NCBI GenBank assembly: GCA_016748015.1
Contig: JAAOMT010000328.1
Span: forward strand, 512,955 to 576,954
DNA: 64,000 nucleotides
Direction of reading: 5' to 3'
Source of the DNA: Geosiphon pyriformis uo1
Lineage: Eukaryota > Fungi > Glomeromycota
In this document: positions 38,301 through 51,249 of the stretch, in pieces
Layout of the letters: each line of letters starts with the position of its first letter
Numbering within the stretch: position 1 is the first letter of the stretch
The notes under the pieces: generated by a model
The model's database searches: none
What the model saw: the letters and a program-made list of their open reading frames with translations, nothing else
Told to the model about the DNA's origin: nothing
Made by a program: the position numbers and the translations under genes

Positions 38301-41300
38301 TGAGTGAAAGTGCCTTTGAGAACAGAAAAGTTGTTACCACGGAGGACATCAAACCTACTACAAACAAGAGAGATCCTGTCTGAGAAAACTTTTGATAGAA
38401 TTTTTCTGGCCATCTCAATCAATGCAATAGGTCATGTATTTGACAAAACACCATCCTAATCATAAGACTTAGGAATCATAGACACCCAGGCCTCTTTCCA
38501 ATGAACCAAAACATTACCAAAACACAAACAAGAGTTCAGCAAAGACAACAAACACTCCAAAACCAAACAGCCAGTGTGTTTCCAAAGTTCATTGGTAATA
38601 CCAAACAAACCAGCAGCTTTGCCATTAAGAAGATTGCTTATAACCGAAGACATCTTACACATGGTAATATCACACATAACCAGACTGAAGGCACTATCAT
38701 TAACATAAGCCAAAGGGGCATATTGTTGTGCCCAGGGACCAGACAAGGCAGGAAGAGCATTCTGCTTCCTGGTCCAATTAACCATGATGTCATCAACTTT
38801 GAGTTTCACTTCGTCAGGTTCCAAAATAAGAGAATCACCAACAACCAAATGATCCAGAATGACTTTGTGAAAGGGCTGCTCCAAGATGCTCTGAATCATT
38901 ACACCTTTGTCCATTTCGAACTTTTCCATACACTTATCAACTACATCTCTGATAGCAGATCTTTTGGCCACCTCAGATTCACAATATTTGGACTTTCTAT
39001 ATTGCTTTCTAATCTTTGAAAGATGACTTATCAAGCCAGCAAAACCCACACCATCCCCGACCATACTAAGAACTTTGGAAGCTTCGGAAGAGTCAACCTT
39101 AAACCAAGTGTCAGCCAAACAATCAAAGCCCAAAGTATCATTCCATCTCAGCACTTTTAATAACTTGACAACCAAAAGCTCCAACCTGGAAAATTTAGAA
39201 GAGAGTCTATTCTTAGCACAATCAAATTCACTATACCAATGTCTTGAAAAAATCTTTTCAGCAGAAGCAGTCATGGCATCAGCTAGCATCCCCCACATTC
39301 CATCCAAGTTGCCACCATCCTCAGCCATCTTGAACCTATTCAGAGAACCCAAAAGCACACACTCAGAAAGATCCTTAAAATGTGCCCACTTTTTTTCATC
39401 AGCATCCTTAATCTTAAACTTCCAACAATCCTTATTAGTGTGCTTGCGGATGCTGTTCAAATGAGTATCCAGAAAACCACCCAACCCAATAGACATTGAC
39501 ACAGCCAAGTGATCTGTGTCGAAAAACTCCAAGACAGAACTAACATCACAATCCACAACTGCTGAAATCAAAGAATCACTAACTAGAATGTAATCCAAAA
39601 CCTTGCTAATACCTCTTGAATTGCTCCAAGTAGAAATTCTAGCTAGAGAGTGACCACCAAAAACATTAACTAAACCCAAACCTAAACATTTCCTAAGACT
39701 CACCCCCTTGACTGAATTGTCTTCATTGAAGTCTCCACCCAAAACAACAAAAGAACTCTTGTTAACAGTATTAGCAATGAATGAATTAATAACAGAAGCC
39801 TGAGCAAAACGGTTACCACCAGATGCACAGGCATAAAGCCCAATGACAGACACAAAAAGCTTGTTCTTGAACAAAAAGTGAATTGAAAGAACTCTGCCCT
39901 TTATCTCCTCAACTTTGAAAACATGACAAGCCAAAGAATCATTTACAAAAATAACCACACCAGCCCCACAAAACCCAACATCCAGACCAGACATAAAAAC
40001 CCAAACACCCTCAAACCTTTTCATGATCCATGGTTGTGAACCAGAACACAACTTGGTTTCTGTAACAATTGAGATTGAACTACCAGATTCCTTATGCCAG
40101 CAAAAAATGTCCTTCTACTTTGCAGAATTGTTCATTCCCCTAACATTACATGTGGCAATTTTTCAAATAAAACTGGTTATTGTGATAAAGAGATAACTGA
40201 AAAACCCAAGCCAGCACATAACTGATCCAACTTAGCCAAAATTAAACCAACGGAGATGTCAAAGACAACTAACTTCGATTCCAGACCACCAACTTTGGAA
40301 GTTAGGACTTTGGAACTACTTGGATCCAATAGCAAACTGGTAACACCTGGAGAGAAAGAAGTAGGCTGGACAAAGGGATCATCAACCGCCATGTCAAAAT
40401 CCAAGTCGGAGTTTGCAACCACAAGAGAAACAGAGGTTGGGGACTAAGAAACTACCACAGAAGGAGCCAATTGAGAGGAAGGTGTCAAGGATGCCAAACT
40501 AATATTGTCAAAACGAGAAAGAATGTTTGAAATTTGTTTAGACAGAAGCTCCACAGAACATTTCAGAAGTGCTAAACAAGCACTCAAAGAAGAATTGACC
40601 ACAGGTAGAGGAGGGAGTACTCCACCCAAACTCAAATCACCAGAAGGTGGGGAACCAGAACCAGAACCAGCATGAAAACCATGAGAGACTGAAGCAACTG
40701 AGACCACTTGAGCCCAAGATTTGCCACCAAAGGCAACAGGACGAGAGATCGGCACATTCTTCTTCACATACAATTTGGCCAGCTAAAGACGAGTATCAGG
40801 ATTGGTAGGCCTTATAAAAAACTTTGAAGACTTGAAAGCTGACGCAACTTCAGCATCACATTTCAAGGCAGAATGACCAAACTTCTCACACCGTTCACAG
40901 TGAACCAAATCCAGTTTAGCCCATGAGAGTTTTACACTACCAAGGATCAGTTCCGTGCGAAAAGCTGACTCTAAAACCTCATCAGAATCAAAACACACAA
41001 CAGCACAGCAGACCCTATTACCAGTCTCCAATAACCGATTTATGACACTAGTTTTTCCACCAGCCCCTTCAAAAAAATCCCCAAGATCATGAGCAATAGT
41101 CCCCACTGGCAAAGTAAACAAAAGTGCCCTAAACTGGTCCCTAGATGCCCAAGTTTCACGATTGCCCACCATTATAGCCACATGAACTGAGTCTTTACCA
41201 ATCAGGAAGGACCATCTAGCAGCCAAAGACACAGCCTGTTCCAGTTCAGCAAATTCTACCATAGTTTTTTGCCATAAACCAATCAACTAGATTCTGATCA

Positions 41301-42172
41301 ACTTAATTTTTCCAAACTCAGATACTGCGGTGAAGATCATTTCCTTTGGCGTGTCTATGGGAATTTCCTTGATTACTATGGCCCGATCTGAGTGTATTTC
41401 TTGTCTCTTAAGATCACTGTTTACAATGATGTTATTTTCCCTGGCCAATGACATGGCTTTTTCTATGTTTTCCAATGAAGTAAATGTTAATCGAATGATT
41501 CCTTCAAATTTTGAGGGGGTAGTGGCCCTCCCAAAACTATTGATTGTTGAAAACAATTTCCTGATAACCTGAGTCTTGGCCATAGCTGATTTTCCCTCCA
41601 TAGCAGATAGATTGATGTTCAATGCGAACAATTTCTTCACAGTGACTTCCATCTGAGACTTAACAATTTTGAGATCCACCCACACCTTTTCCAAAAAGAA
41701 AGACAAACGGGGAGGAAGAGAAACTTCCTTCTCATTATCTATGCCATAATTAATAGAGCCGATAAGGGAACTGATAGCTGCACCAGCATTGAAATGCTTT
41801 GTATTGGGCGTATTCATTTGGGAGTCAGAAGTGCTTTTACCATCAGAGGTTCTTCCATTCATATCCATGCTAGCAAATTGCCCGTCCTCACAAACAAACC
41901 CACCATCCTTGAGATTCTTATCTGCACTTGAAGATTTAATAGTACTGAGAGACTTTCTGACTTTTTGGATTGAACTTCTACTAACTGAACCAGCAGTTGA
42001 GACTCTAGCTGACCTTCTCTTAGCTCCAGACCCACTCATAGTGGCAGCCAGTTCAACAACAAAGGGGTTTGTTTCTTGTAAAATAGTGGAAGACAGTATG
42101 CAAAACAAAAAAAAGCTTCTTTCAAAATTTGACTCTTTTTCAGGAATTTGGGACGAAGGAGAGAAAGAAGCT
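35365..42172 (-). mobile_element. Full-length LINE L3, the best-preserved copy (ORF1 ~42108-40177; ORF2 40180-35495)
   Basis: ORF1 CERCEKFGHSALKC knuckle; GGDFNE, LDYILVS and TDH endonuclease motifs; QDMHKAYDSV, QGEVFSP, AFVNDT in RT; YTDGS..TDSQ..GNVLAD RNase H; CLFC..DH..C. Confidence 0.95.
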
Positions 42173-43748
42173 TTTTATAATTTATTTTTATTAATAATAA
42201 TAAATTTTTAAACAATATTAAAACAGATAAAAAAAAATTATAAGAAGTTAATTTGTTGCTTTATTATAAAAAACTTTTAACTAAAAATTTAACAAAAAAA
42301 CCAAATACAAATATTAATATAATAATTTTGTATTTTTTTTGTAATAAATATATATTTTGTTTAATTTATTAATTTAATATCTTTAAAAAAAATAAAAGTT
42401 ATTTAAAAATAAATTTTTTAAAATATATATAATATTTTATTAAATATAAAATAAAAATAATTTTTAATTATAATTAAAACAAAAACAAAAATAATAATTT
42501 TATGTTTATTATTATTTTTAATAATACAGTTAAACAACATTTTAAAATTTTTTTTTTTTAAATAGTATAAAAATAAAATAAATTTTAATTATTAAAAAAA
42601 CATTTTTTTGTTTTTAGTTAAGAGTATTTTTTAAAGTAATATATAGAAACAGTTTTAATATAATTATTATTATAATAAAAAACTTTAAAGTTTTTAATTA
42701 TATTTAATAATAAAGCTGTTATTTTTTTTTAAAAAATAAAATTTTAGTTTTTTAATTTTTTGATATTTTTGATATTTTTGTTTTAAACAATAATAATAAT
42801 AATTTATTTATTAAATTTAATTTAAATTAATATTTAATTATATTATTTAATATAATAAATTTTAATTAATTATTATTAATTTAAGATATAAAACAATTTA
42901 TTTTAAATATATAATTTTAACCAATTATATTATTTAATTATTTAATTACAAAAATTATATTAATAAAATAAAAACTAACTTTTTTGTTTTTTTAAAAGCA
43001 TTACCAATTTTAATAGTATATAAAAAAAAATTAAAATTTATTATGTAAGTAGTTTTTATTTTAATTTTTAATAATAATAATATAAATATTAAAATAAGTT
43101 TTTAAAAACAATATTAAACTTTGTTTATAAATATTAAAACTTGTTTTATTTTTTTAAATTTTAAATTTTAATTTAATTAGTGATTTGCTTAAAAGTTTTA
43201 ATTAATTTAAAAATAAATATAAAATATATTTTTTAAACATACATAATATAAAAAATTAGTTAATTGTAATCGGTTTTAATAATTTTGTTTTAAATATGAA
43301 ATATGCAAAAAAATTAAATATGTTTATAATAAACAAACATTAAATAATTACATAAGTAAAATTAAAACAATATGTTTTTTTTAGTTTAAAAATAAGTAAT
43401 ATTTATTAAAATAAGTTTAAATAATTAGTTATATGTTAAAAACATATAATTTATATATTATAATAAACTTTGTATAATTAAATTAGACCATAAAAAACCA
43501 TGCTTTGTTAAAAACAATGTATATATGCATATAATTTTAATAAAATTAATAAATTAATAAACAAAAAAAAGATTTCAATATTAATAATAATATTAAAAAA
43601 AATTTAATGTAAAATATATTTATTATTTACAAAAAATGAATTGAAAAAATATTATTTGTTTATACTTTAGTATTCAAAAATTTGTTATAATTATATTAAA
43701 AATTAATAACATGTAAAATAATAAAATTAACTGTTTATACTTTTGAAT

Positions 43749-43795
43749 CAAAAACAAAAACAAAAACAAAAACAAAAAAATCAAAACTCAAAAAA
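43749..43795. repeat. (CAAAAA)n microsatellite
   Basis: About 5-7 imperfect units. Confidence 0.7.
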
Positions 43796-44866
43796 ATTTA
43801 AATGATAGAAAAAAAACCTTGGAGAAAAAGCTTTAATATTTAACTCTAAAAAACCGGTTTTTGTTTTAACCCAATACTAAAGTTTACATTGTAATTATTA
43901 CTAAAAGAAACATTTACCATTTAGAAAAATGACAGCCCAGGAATAATAATGCTTAAAAATTATTACTTTTAGTATTAAAGTATAAGAAAGATTAAGGTAA
44001 TGTTTCTCATAATTTCACTGTTAAAGTTTGATTGAAAGAATAATTAGATTTCTTTTACATTTGTTAAGGGTTACCATAATTCCGAAATGGTTATTGGGTT
44101 TATTTCCTAGATATAAACTCCAAAAATGATGAATTCCAAATGAAGCCCGACCTACTGATAACAAGATTTCTAGGCACTATGAAAAACGAACTCATAAAAA
44201 CAAAGAAATAGCTAAGCTAAAAAGAGAGCTGACTTAAGCTAAACGGCAATTAGAAAAAAGAAAGAAATTAAAATCGAATATCTCCTATATGATTAAATTC
44301 CATAACGTTGGTGGTATTCTGGTTAAAGAAAGAAAAAAATTTTTTTAAGCCAACATCAGCAGAGGCAGCCTAGTTTTGTTGCAGCACGCACCACATTCCA
44401 CATTATATCTGGTTTTTATAAGTATTGTACACTTTTAATTTTAATAATATTAAACGAACTCAATCATAAATCAAGATTTTTTGCGTCTTGAAAATTATTT
44501 TGTTTGAATAGGAGTTCAAATGGTGTTTTTTAACGCATGTAGCCGAGCAAATAGTAAAATTTAAATATTTTTTAGTGAGTCTAAAAGAGTTTAATGTTAA
44601 ACTACGGGCTCTATACTAAACTTTCTATGAAATTTATTGACCTTTATTACTGTCTGCTAAGACTTACTGGGAATAATTGTTTATCAGCCTTTCTTTTTTA
44701 ATATTCGTTTTGAAACACGTCATATAATTTTCGAATTAAATTTAAAGACAGTTATTAAAGCAAGTTGACAAAATATTTAAAATTTTTTTTTATTAAAATT
44801 ATACAAATTTTAACCTCTTCAACTCCTCTACTCTTTCTACCCTCCCCCCATACGAACGACCAGTCC

Positions 44867-47800
44867 TCAAGTGGAGGAGCTGAAAAAATCAGCCCGAGAT
44901 GTTAAGGACCTCCACTTTCCTTGAAAGTCGTCCGGTGGGGGGAACGACTGCTCTTTGCCCCGAGACGGCCCTTTTGAAAAAAATATTTTAGGGCGGTATT
45001 CGGGGAGCTCGTCCATGATGCTAAAATTCAAGGTAAAATTTTCCTTGAAAATTTATAAGTGTCTCAAAATTAAATAAATATGCATCATAATGTTTACCTG
45101 CTGTTTCTGAACTTTTCAACCAGCGCCTTCTTGCCTTGAATATTGGCATAGGCAAGTTCACACACCTTGTCAGAATTGAAACGATTCCATCGTTTTCCAA
45201 CACGGGTTTTTATGAAGGAGAGAACAGCACTTTGATATTAAAGTATAGAAATTTAATATCAGTTTAACAAATTAATTTTGAGTTTATGCATATTATACTT
45301 GCTTTAGATCCACAAAGTTAATGAATGCGTATCCAACATTGCAGCGGTTTTTGAAATCCATTCTCAGATACACAAAGTCGTATTGAAATTTGTGTGTTTC
45401 ATCAAGAGTTTCCAATAACATCTCCTAAAATTGAAAGGATGAAAATTTTAACCATAATTAAGACCATTCCCCATAATATTCTTTTTTTTTATTTTGAAAA
45501 CGCTCATCTACCTGTGTATACTTGTTGGGAATGTTTCTAATCATGAAAGTCGTACGATTATCGTCCCCTTTTTGCAAATCAAGGAACCAAGATTAACTAA
45601 AGATGATTCTGAAAATTTATCATCATAAAATCGTTGCTTACCAGTGCTGATATTTTCCAAGTCAAGTGCGTTTTTAGCAGGAACAGACCTATCCCCAGAT
45701 ATGACTATGGTGCTGTTATTAGGACCTGTTTGTCTTTTATTCGCTGGGCCTTTACCTATTTTGGTGGTACTGTTTCCGTCATCTACTTGCTTTACTGAAT
45801 CGTTATTTTTTAATAGGCTAAAGAAACTTTTCGTTTGATTGGTGGTATTATCAGATACAGAAAGACCAGTGGATGTCCACGCCTTATTTAAGCTATTATC
45901 AACGTGTCGAGTTGGTACAGTGAAGGAACGTGTGTGATTGACGTTTAGGAAATCTTGTGTATGAAGTGATTCTCTTCGCTTAACCTTTTTTGAGCTTTTA
46001 CAAATTTCATTGTTAAATGAATCGGCTGAGGTGCTCAAAGATCCTGAAACATCATAGGAACAATCTGAGGTGACGTGATGATCATAAACCTCTTGATGCT
46101 TCTTTTCCAGAAAATCTCTCCAAGAATGAATGTCATGATTATAAAAATCAACTTGCAATGTCGCGTTCTATCATTGTAAAAATGCTTAATTCCCATTTGT
46201 TATTAAGAAAAACTTTGTAAAAAGTACCTGTATGATTTTTCCATTTAGCATTTCTTTTGCCTCAAAACCATCCCGGGTGTCATAATACTCGAGTAGGATT
46301 ATCTGTTTGTTTTCTTCCTGGAGCTTTTTGAATGCACGAATATCACCATGTGCCTCGAATTCCTTCTTTAAAATTACGTATAAGATGTATACAGAAACTA
46401 ACATGAAAATGACTATATTAGGTATCAAAGATGAATCATAAGAAATTTGTTTTTACCACTATAATAAGCTCCTCGAGTCTTTTGCCCAATACGTTCAATA
46501 TTAATACTCCTTCATTATCCCATTCCCAAGGTTCAGAGTCGTTTTGAGTAGATGCCTAAAAAAAATTAATTTCGGTAAACCCTTTGAAAAAGAGTTATTT
46601 ATATTCTTTTTTAATTACCTGCTTGGAGAATGGTCTCGCGCAAAACTGAACGAAGAGACGCTTCCCAAAAATAGATTGACCTTGAAGTTGATGGTGAGCT
46701 TTCATAGCATCTCGAATATCATAAAAAATCACGTATACAAAGCCATGAGTGGTTAAGAACTTGACAAATATATCATGGGCGTCTCCTTGAGTCTGGGTTT
46801 GGATAGTACAAATGAACAATATTTAGTGTTTCTCATAATATTGAAACAAATTATCAAAAGAATACAAGGCTTTAAGGATCAATTTACCTGAATAAGCTGA
46901 GAGAGAGTCCAAAGATTGATGTCTTTCGGCAAATTTCCGACGCGTAACCATCGAGACGGAACTGCGCCCCAAAAGTTACCAAATCTTGACGGATTAGAAA
47001 AAATTGAGGTTTCTCTTATTACAAATTCTGGATGACGTGGTGAAAATCCGAATTGAGATGCAATGTAATTTTTCTTTTGATTGTGACGGATGCCGGATTG
47101 ATAATAAAGTACACCGCTGCTCTCTTGGGCTACAGATAATTTTTGCTCCTTGCTATATTTTTGTTTAGGTGAGAGAAAATGATGTGCAACTTTGCGTAAC
47201 GCGTCTTTGTTTAATGTTTTATTTGATATCTTGGGTGAATTAGATTTTTCATTTAAATCGGCAGAGAAATAATTCGGGCTTTCATGTGGAGTAAGGGGGT
47301 TCAAAATAAATTTGGGTTCTTTGGGCAACACGCGAGGTTGAAAAGCTTTGATATTTTTATCTTTTTTAGATTCGGAAAAACCGAGGACACGTTGTTTCAC
47401 TGAAAACGATTTTGATGTTTGATACTCTGGGTCAGTAATAAATCCATACCATTGTGGAGCAATTGGATTTAATTCGGAAGCCAAATATTGAGAAGAATTG
47501 AAAGAAGAAATAGGAGAAAAGATTGAAGTCAATATTTGAAAGCGACCATTGTATGATGATTTTGGAAATGATGGGGGTTTTTTAGCGGTTAAAATCGGAT
47601 CAGGATCATTCTTGAAGGAAGTTGAAAGACACGGTCTATACTCGGGACCGATTTTGAATTGATCGGATAGTATATTCCGAGTTTTTTTATTGGTATTAAA
47701 AGTATCAAGAGGCGAGTGGTCACCAGAAAATCTTAATTTTCCACTAGGGGAATTGATAGCCGAGCGGGTTTTAGAAGTGGTACCAAGAAATTCTATTATA

Positions 47801-48136
47801 AAATATATTAGAATTTTCACGACAATTCATAATAACGCAATTGAAGAATTGCTCATTTTGAAAACTTACCCTTTGTTTCTTTAATAAAGTTAGATTAAAG
47901 TAAAAAAATTAAGGTTAGTTTCGTTTAATTGCAATTACGAAAAATTTTCTTCTTTTATATTCAAGATTTATATAAAATACGGAGGATAAGTGCTTTAATT
48001 GCTTACCAAACACTATTTTCGAGTCGAGATTCTTGAAAGGCGGGTTGCCATTTTGTTTGGTCAAAGATACCTTTTGATTTTCCACGGAATCCTTTCCCAA
48101 ACGTAATGGGAAGATTTGATCTAAGTCAGCTGCCAT
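44867..48136 (-). CDS. mei2: Mei2-like triple-RRM RNA-binding protein, ~814 aa, 11 coding exons: 48136-48007, 47878-47870, 47792-46888, 46792-46619, 46555-46457, 46365-46228, 46167-45642, 45567-45512, 45424-45303, 45229-45098, 45020-44867
   Basis: RRM1 PSRWLRVGNLP...VIFYDIRDA; RRM2 LLEYYDTRD; Mei2 RRM3 signature RTTFMIRNIPNKYTQ..YDFVYLRMDFKNRCNVGYAFINF..KRWNRFNSDKVCELAYANIQG..KFRNSSIMDE..YRPKIF. Hand-spliced exons are phase-consistent and sum to 2445 nt. N-terminal exons are less certain. Confidence 0.92.
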
Positions 48137-50309
48137 TTTTTGAAATTTACCTGTAGTATTAGAAAAAGCAATGTATAATGAGTATAAATAATATTCAAAT
48201 TGACTCTGTCACGTGAAATAATAGGCAAACCTTTTTAAAATATGCAATGAGATTAAAACAGTTATTCTCTGGTTTTCTATAAGTTGTCGAGTCGTAGAAT
48301 CAAGGCTCAGCATGTGGAAAAAAGCCTTAGTGTGAGGTACCAATATTTTGAGGCGCAGTAAAAAGTCAAAGACTAAATTAAACCGGAATTTCAATGAAAA
48401 AGTGAGGACGAGGTGGTTTGTTTTTGTATGGTTTTTAAAAAAAAAAAAAAAAAAAAAGCACAGAGCAAAGCCTTAGAGGAATTACTATATAAAAGAAGCC
48501 GAAGACCATGCTAAGGTTTCGAATTTATTTCTTGGAATAATTCCTCAAGGGTAAGAAATAATTTTTTTTTTTTTACATGGATGAAAGGGAAAGAGAAGGA
48601 AGGAAATATTACCTGTGAGAGTATATTTAACTTCAAGCTAAAAAAAAGATCTCGGTCGGGGATGTTTATATAAGTGATAAAAAAAATTAATATATACAAT
48701 AGGATAAAAATTTGCTATTGCTCTTTGAATTTTTGATCTGTTTCAGTGACCAAATTTTTTTTCGGTAGAATCCTGGTGACGTCAATTTTGCAACAATAAA
48801 AAAAACAGTGATGACCCTATGATATATTCGATTTTACGGAATTTCAAACTTTTTCATTAAGTAAACGGGAAGCTTCATTCTCAGAAGGGTGGTCTCGGTA
48901 TTTAATATCAGATCTCTTGAAATTTTTTGGCCACCCAATTTACTACTGTTAAAAGATTCGATTATAAAAGATAATTTGGAATGATCATTTATTTCGAAAT
49001 ATTTTGTTTGATAAAAAAGAATTCATTTGTATTTCTCCCTTCACTTTCTTGTCACTTCGAAAAATGAAAATTTTCTAACATGTTGTACGAGGAAGATGTC
49101 AAAAAAAAAAATTTAATAATATTTACATGAATTTGTATATCGCATTAAAATAAGATATGTATATAATAACAGTATATTTGAATAAATTAATTATCTTCAT
49201 TTAATTTCCTATATAACCATTACTTTCAATCGCGTGCGTGACTGATTTGAAGCATTGTACTTCCCAATTTTATCAATATTGCGGTGAATCAATTTATCAA
49301 TCATCAGTTAGATGACGATCCTTGCATTGCATAAAGGATTTGGAAAAGGGTATTGATCTGCTAACATATAAGGTCCTCAAAGCCTAAATTGGAAATGATT
49401 AAAAGTTAATGTATTGAATAGGATTCCCACTTCCAATGAAATTCCCACGTATTTTAAAATTGATAGAAATCGATAATGACTGATAATTGTAAATAATAAA
49501 TATAATTATCCTTGATAAATAAAACAAATCAAAAACATTGTCTAATTTTTTAACTTATAAGTTTTTATAAAATATATATTGTAAATTTTTTTAAATTATA
49601 AATTCAACCAAATTTATGCAAAATTTATTATTTTATTAAACTTAAATTTTGGTTTAAATTTCTAATAAATTAAAAAAAAAAAAAAAAATTAATTTTTGTT
49701 ACAATTAATCATAATTAAATTTTTAATTTTTAATTTTTAAAATTTGCTTTTAAAAAATAATAAAAACAACTTTAAGAACACATATTATATTTCAATTTTA
49801 ATAATTTATTTTCTTATATTTTTTAAATAAATAAATAAATAAATTATTATACATTATTTTAATAAATTTTATATATTTTGTATTATATTTTATTTTTATT
49901 AAAAAACTAATTAAATAAACTATTGATTTAAATTTTTTAACAAATTTATTAACTTTATTAATAAAAAATACTTTTTTTAAAATTAATAATTGTTATAATT
50001 ATAATATTTACAATTATTATAATAGTTGTAACAATTGAAAATAAATAAATAAACAAACATATAAAAAAAACTGTTTTTTTTCTTAATTTTTAAACTATAT
50101 AAAAAACAAAAAGAAACTGAAAAATTATTTTATTACTTTTTTTTTTATTTAATTTTTTTTATAAATTATTTATTTAATATATTTTTATTTAAGAAATTGA
50201 ATATGACAAACATAGTTTTTACAAACATAATTAAATAAAAAAAAAAATTGTTTTAATATTAAACTATAAATTTAACAAGTTTAACAAAAAAGCCAAGAAG
50301 TTTAATATT

Positions 50310-51050
50310 AATATATAACTTATAAATAATATTTTATAATTTAATATTGTTATATATTAATATTATTTAAAAATTTTGGTTAATTTAAAATTTTTTAATT
50401 TGAATTTTTTGTATAAAAAACAAATATTTAATCATTTAATAACTTTTAATATTTTGTATTTAACTTTTTTTATATTTTTGGCAAATTTATTCTGGTATTT
50501 TTTACTTTTTTAATAAATAATTCAACTTTTTAAAAGTTATTTTTATGATTTTTTTTGGTATTTTTTACCAAACCAATTTTTAATATTGTAATTTTAATAT
50601 TATTTTTTTTAATAAATTAATTTAATCACTAATTAAAACAACACAAACAAAAAAACAAATTAATATTTTATTAATAATTATAATTAAAAACTATTAGTTT
50701 AAAGTAATAATATTTAATTTTATATGTTTAATATTTATTGTTTTAAAAACAATTTTATTTTAATTAATTATTAACAATACTATTTAAAATTTATGTATTT
50801 GTGTTTTTATAATAATAAAATTTTTATTAAGATAATTAATTAAAACTTAAGATAAAAATAATTTTAAAGTTTTTAAATAAAAAATTTTTAATTTTTAATT
50901 ATTAATTTTTTTATAATTTTTGTATATATACTTGTTTTTAATAATATTAAATATCTTAATATTTTTTATTATGTTTTTTTTTTAATTTTAATCTTTAATT
51001 AATTAATTTAATATTATCTTTTATATTATAATTTAATATATGTTACAAAA
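50310..51050 (-). mobile_element. Hypermutated LTR fossil related to the A/B/D LTR
   Basis: AT-converted versions of LTR motifs in the expected order: aatagtttttaattataattatt, ggtttggtaaaaaatacc, ccagaataaat, ttatacaaaaaattcaa; boundaries approximate. Confidence 0.6.
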
Positions 51051-51249
51051 TTATAATATGTTCAATAATGTTTTTGCTCAAAAAAAATAATTTAGTAGTT
51101 AATATTCTATTATAATTTATATTATTAAAATCAACTTTAAATTTAAGATTAATAATATCCTTAAAAGTACTAATTAGAAGATTGAAAAAATTATTAACAG
51201 TATACTTTATAGAAAATAAATCTTTCTTAACTTAAAAAGTTTTAGGAGT

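Noticed and set aside
42200-43750. AT desert as a specific TE fossil; weak inverted similarity between ~43360 and ~54430
   Set aside because: No domain could be read, and the match is short and low-complexity.
44100-44340. Short coiled-coil-like frame (KEIAKLKRELT*AKRQLEKRKK) on the + strand
   Set aside because: It has an internal stop, no clear gene structure and no recognisable homology.
45541-46158. Apparent premature stop or frameshift in mei2 before RRM3
   Set aside because: Explained by a 74-nt GT-AG intron (45641-45568).
48151-48612. Possible 5' UTR intron or recursive AG/GT site upstream of the mei2 ATG
   Set aside because: The signals are plausible but cannot be fixed without transcript data.
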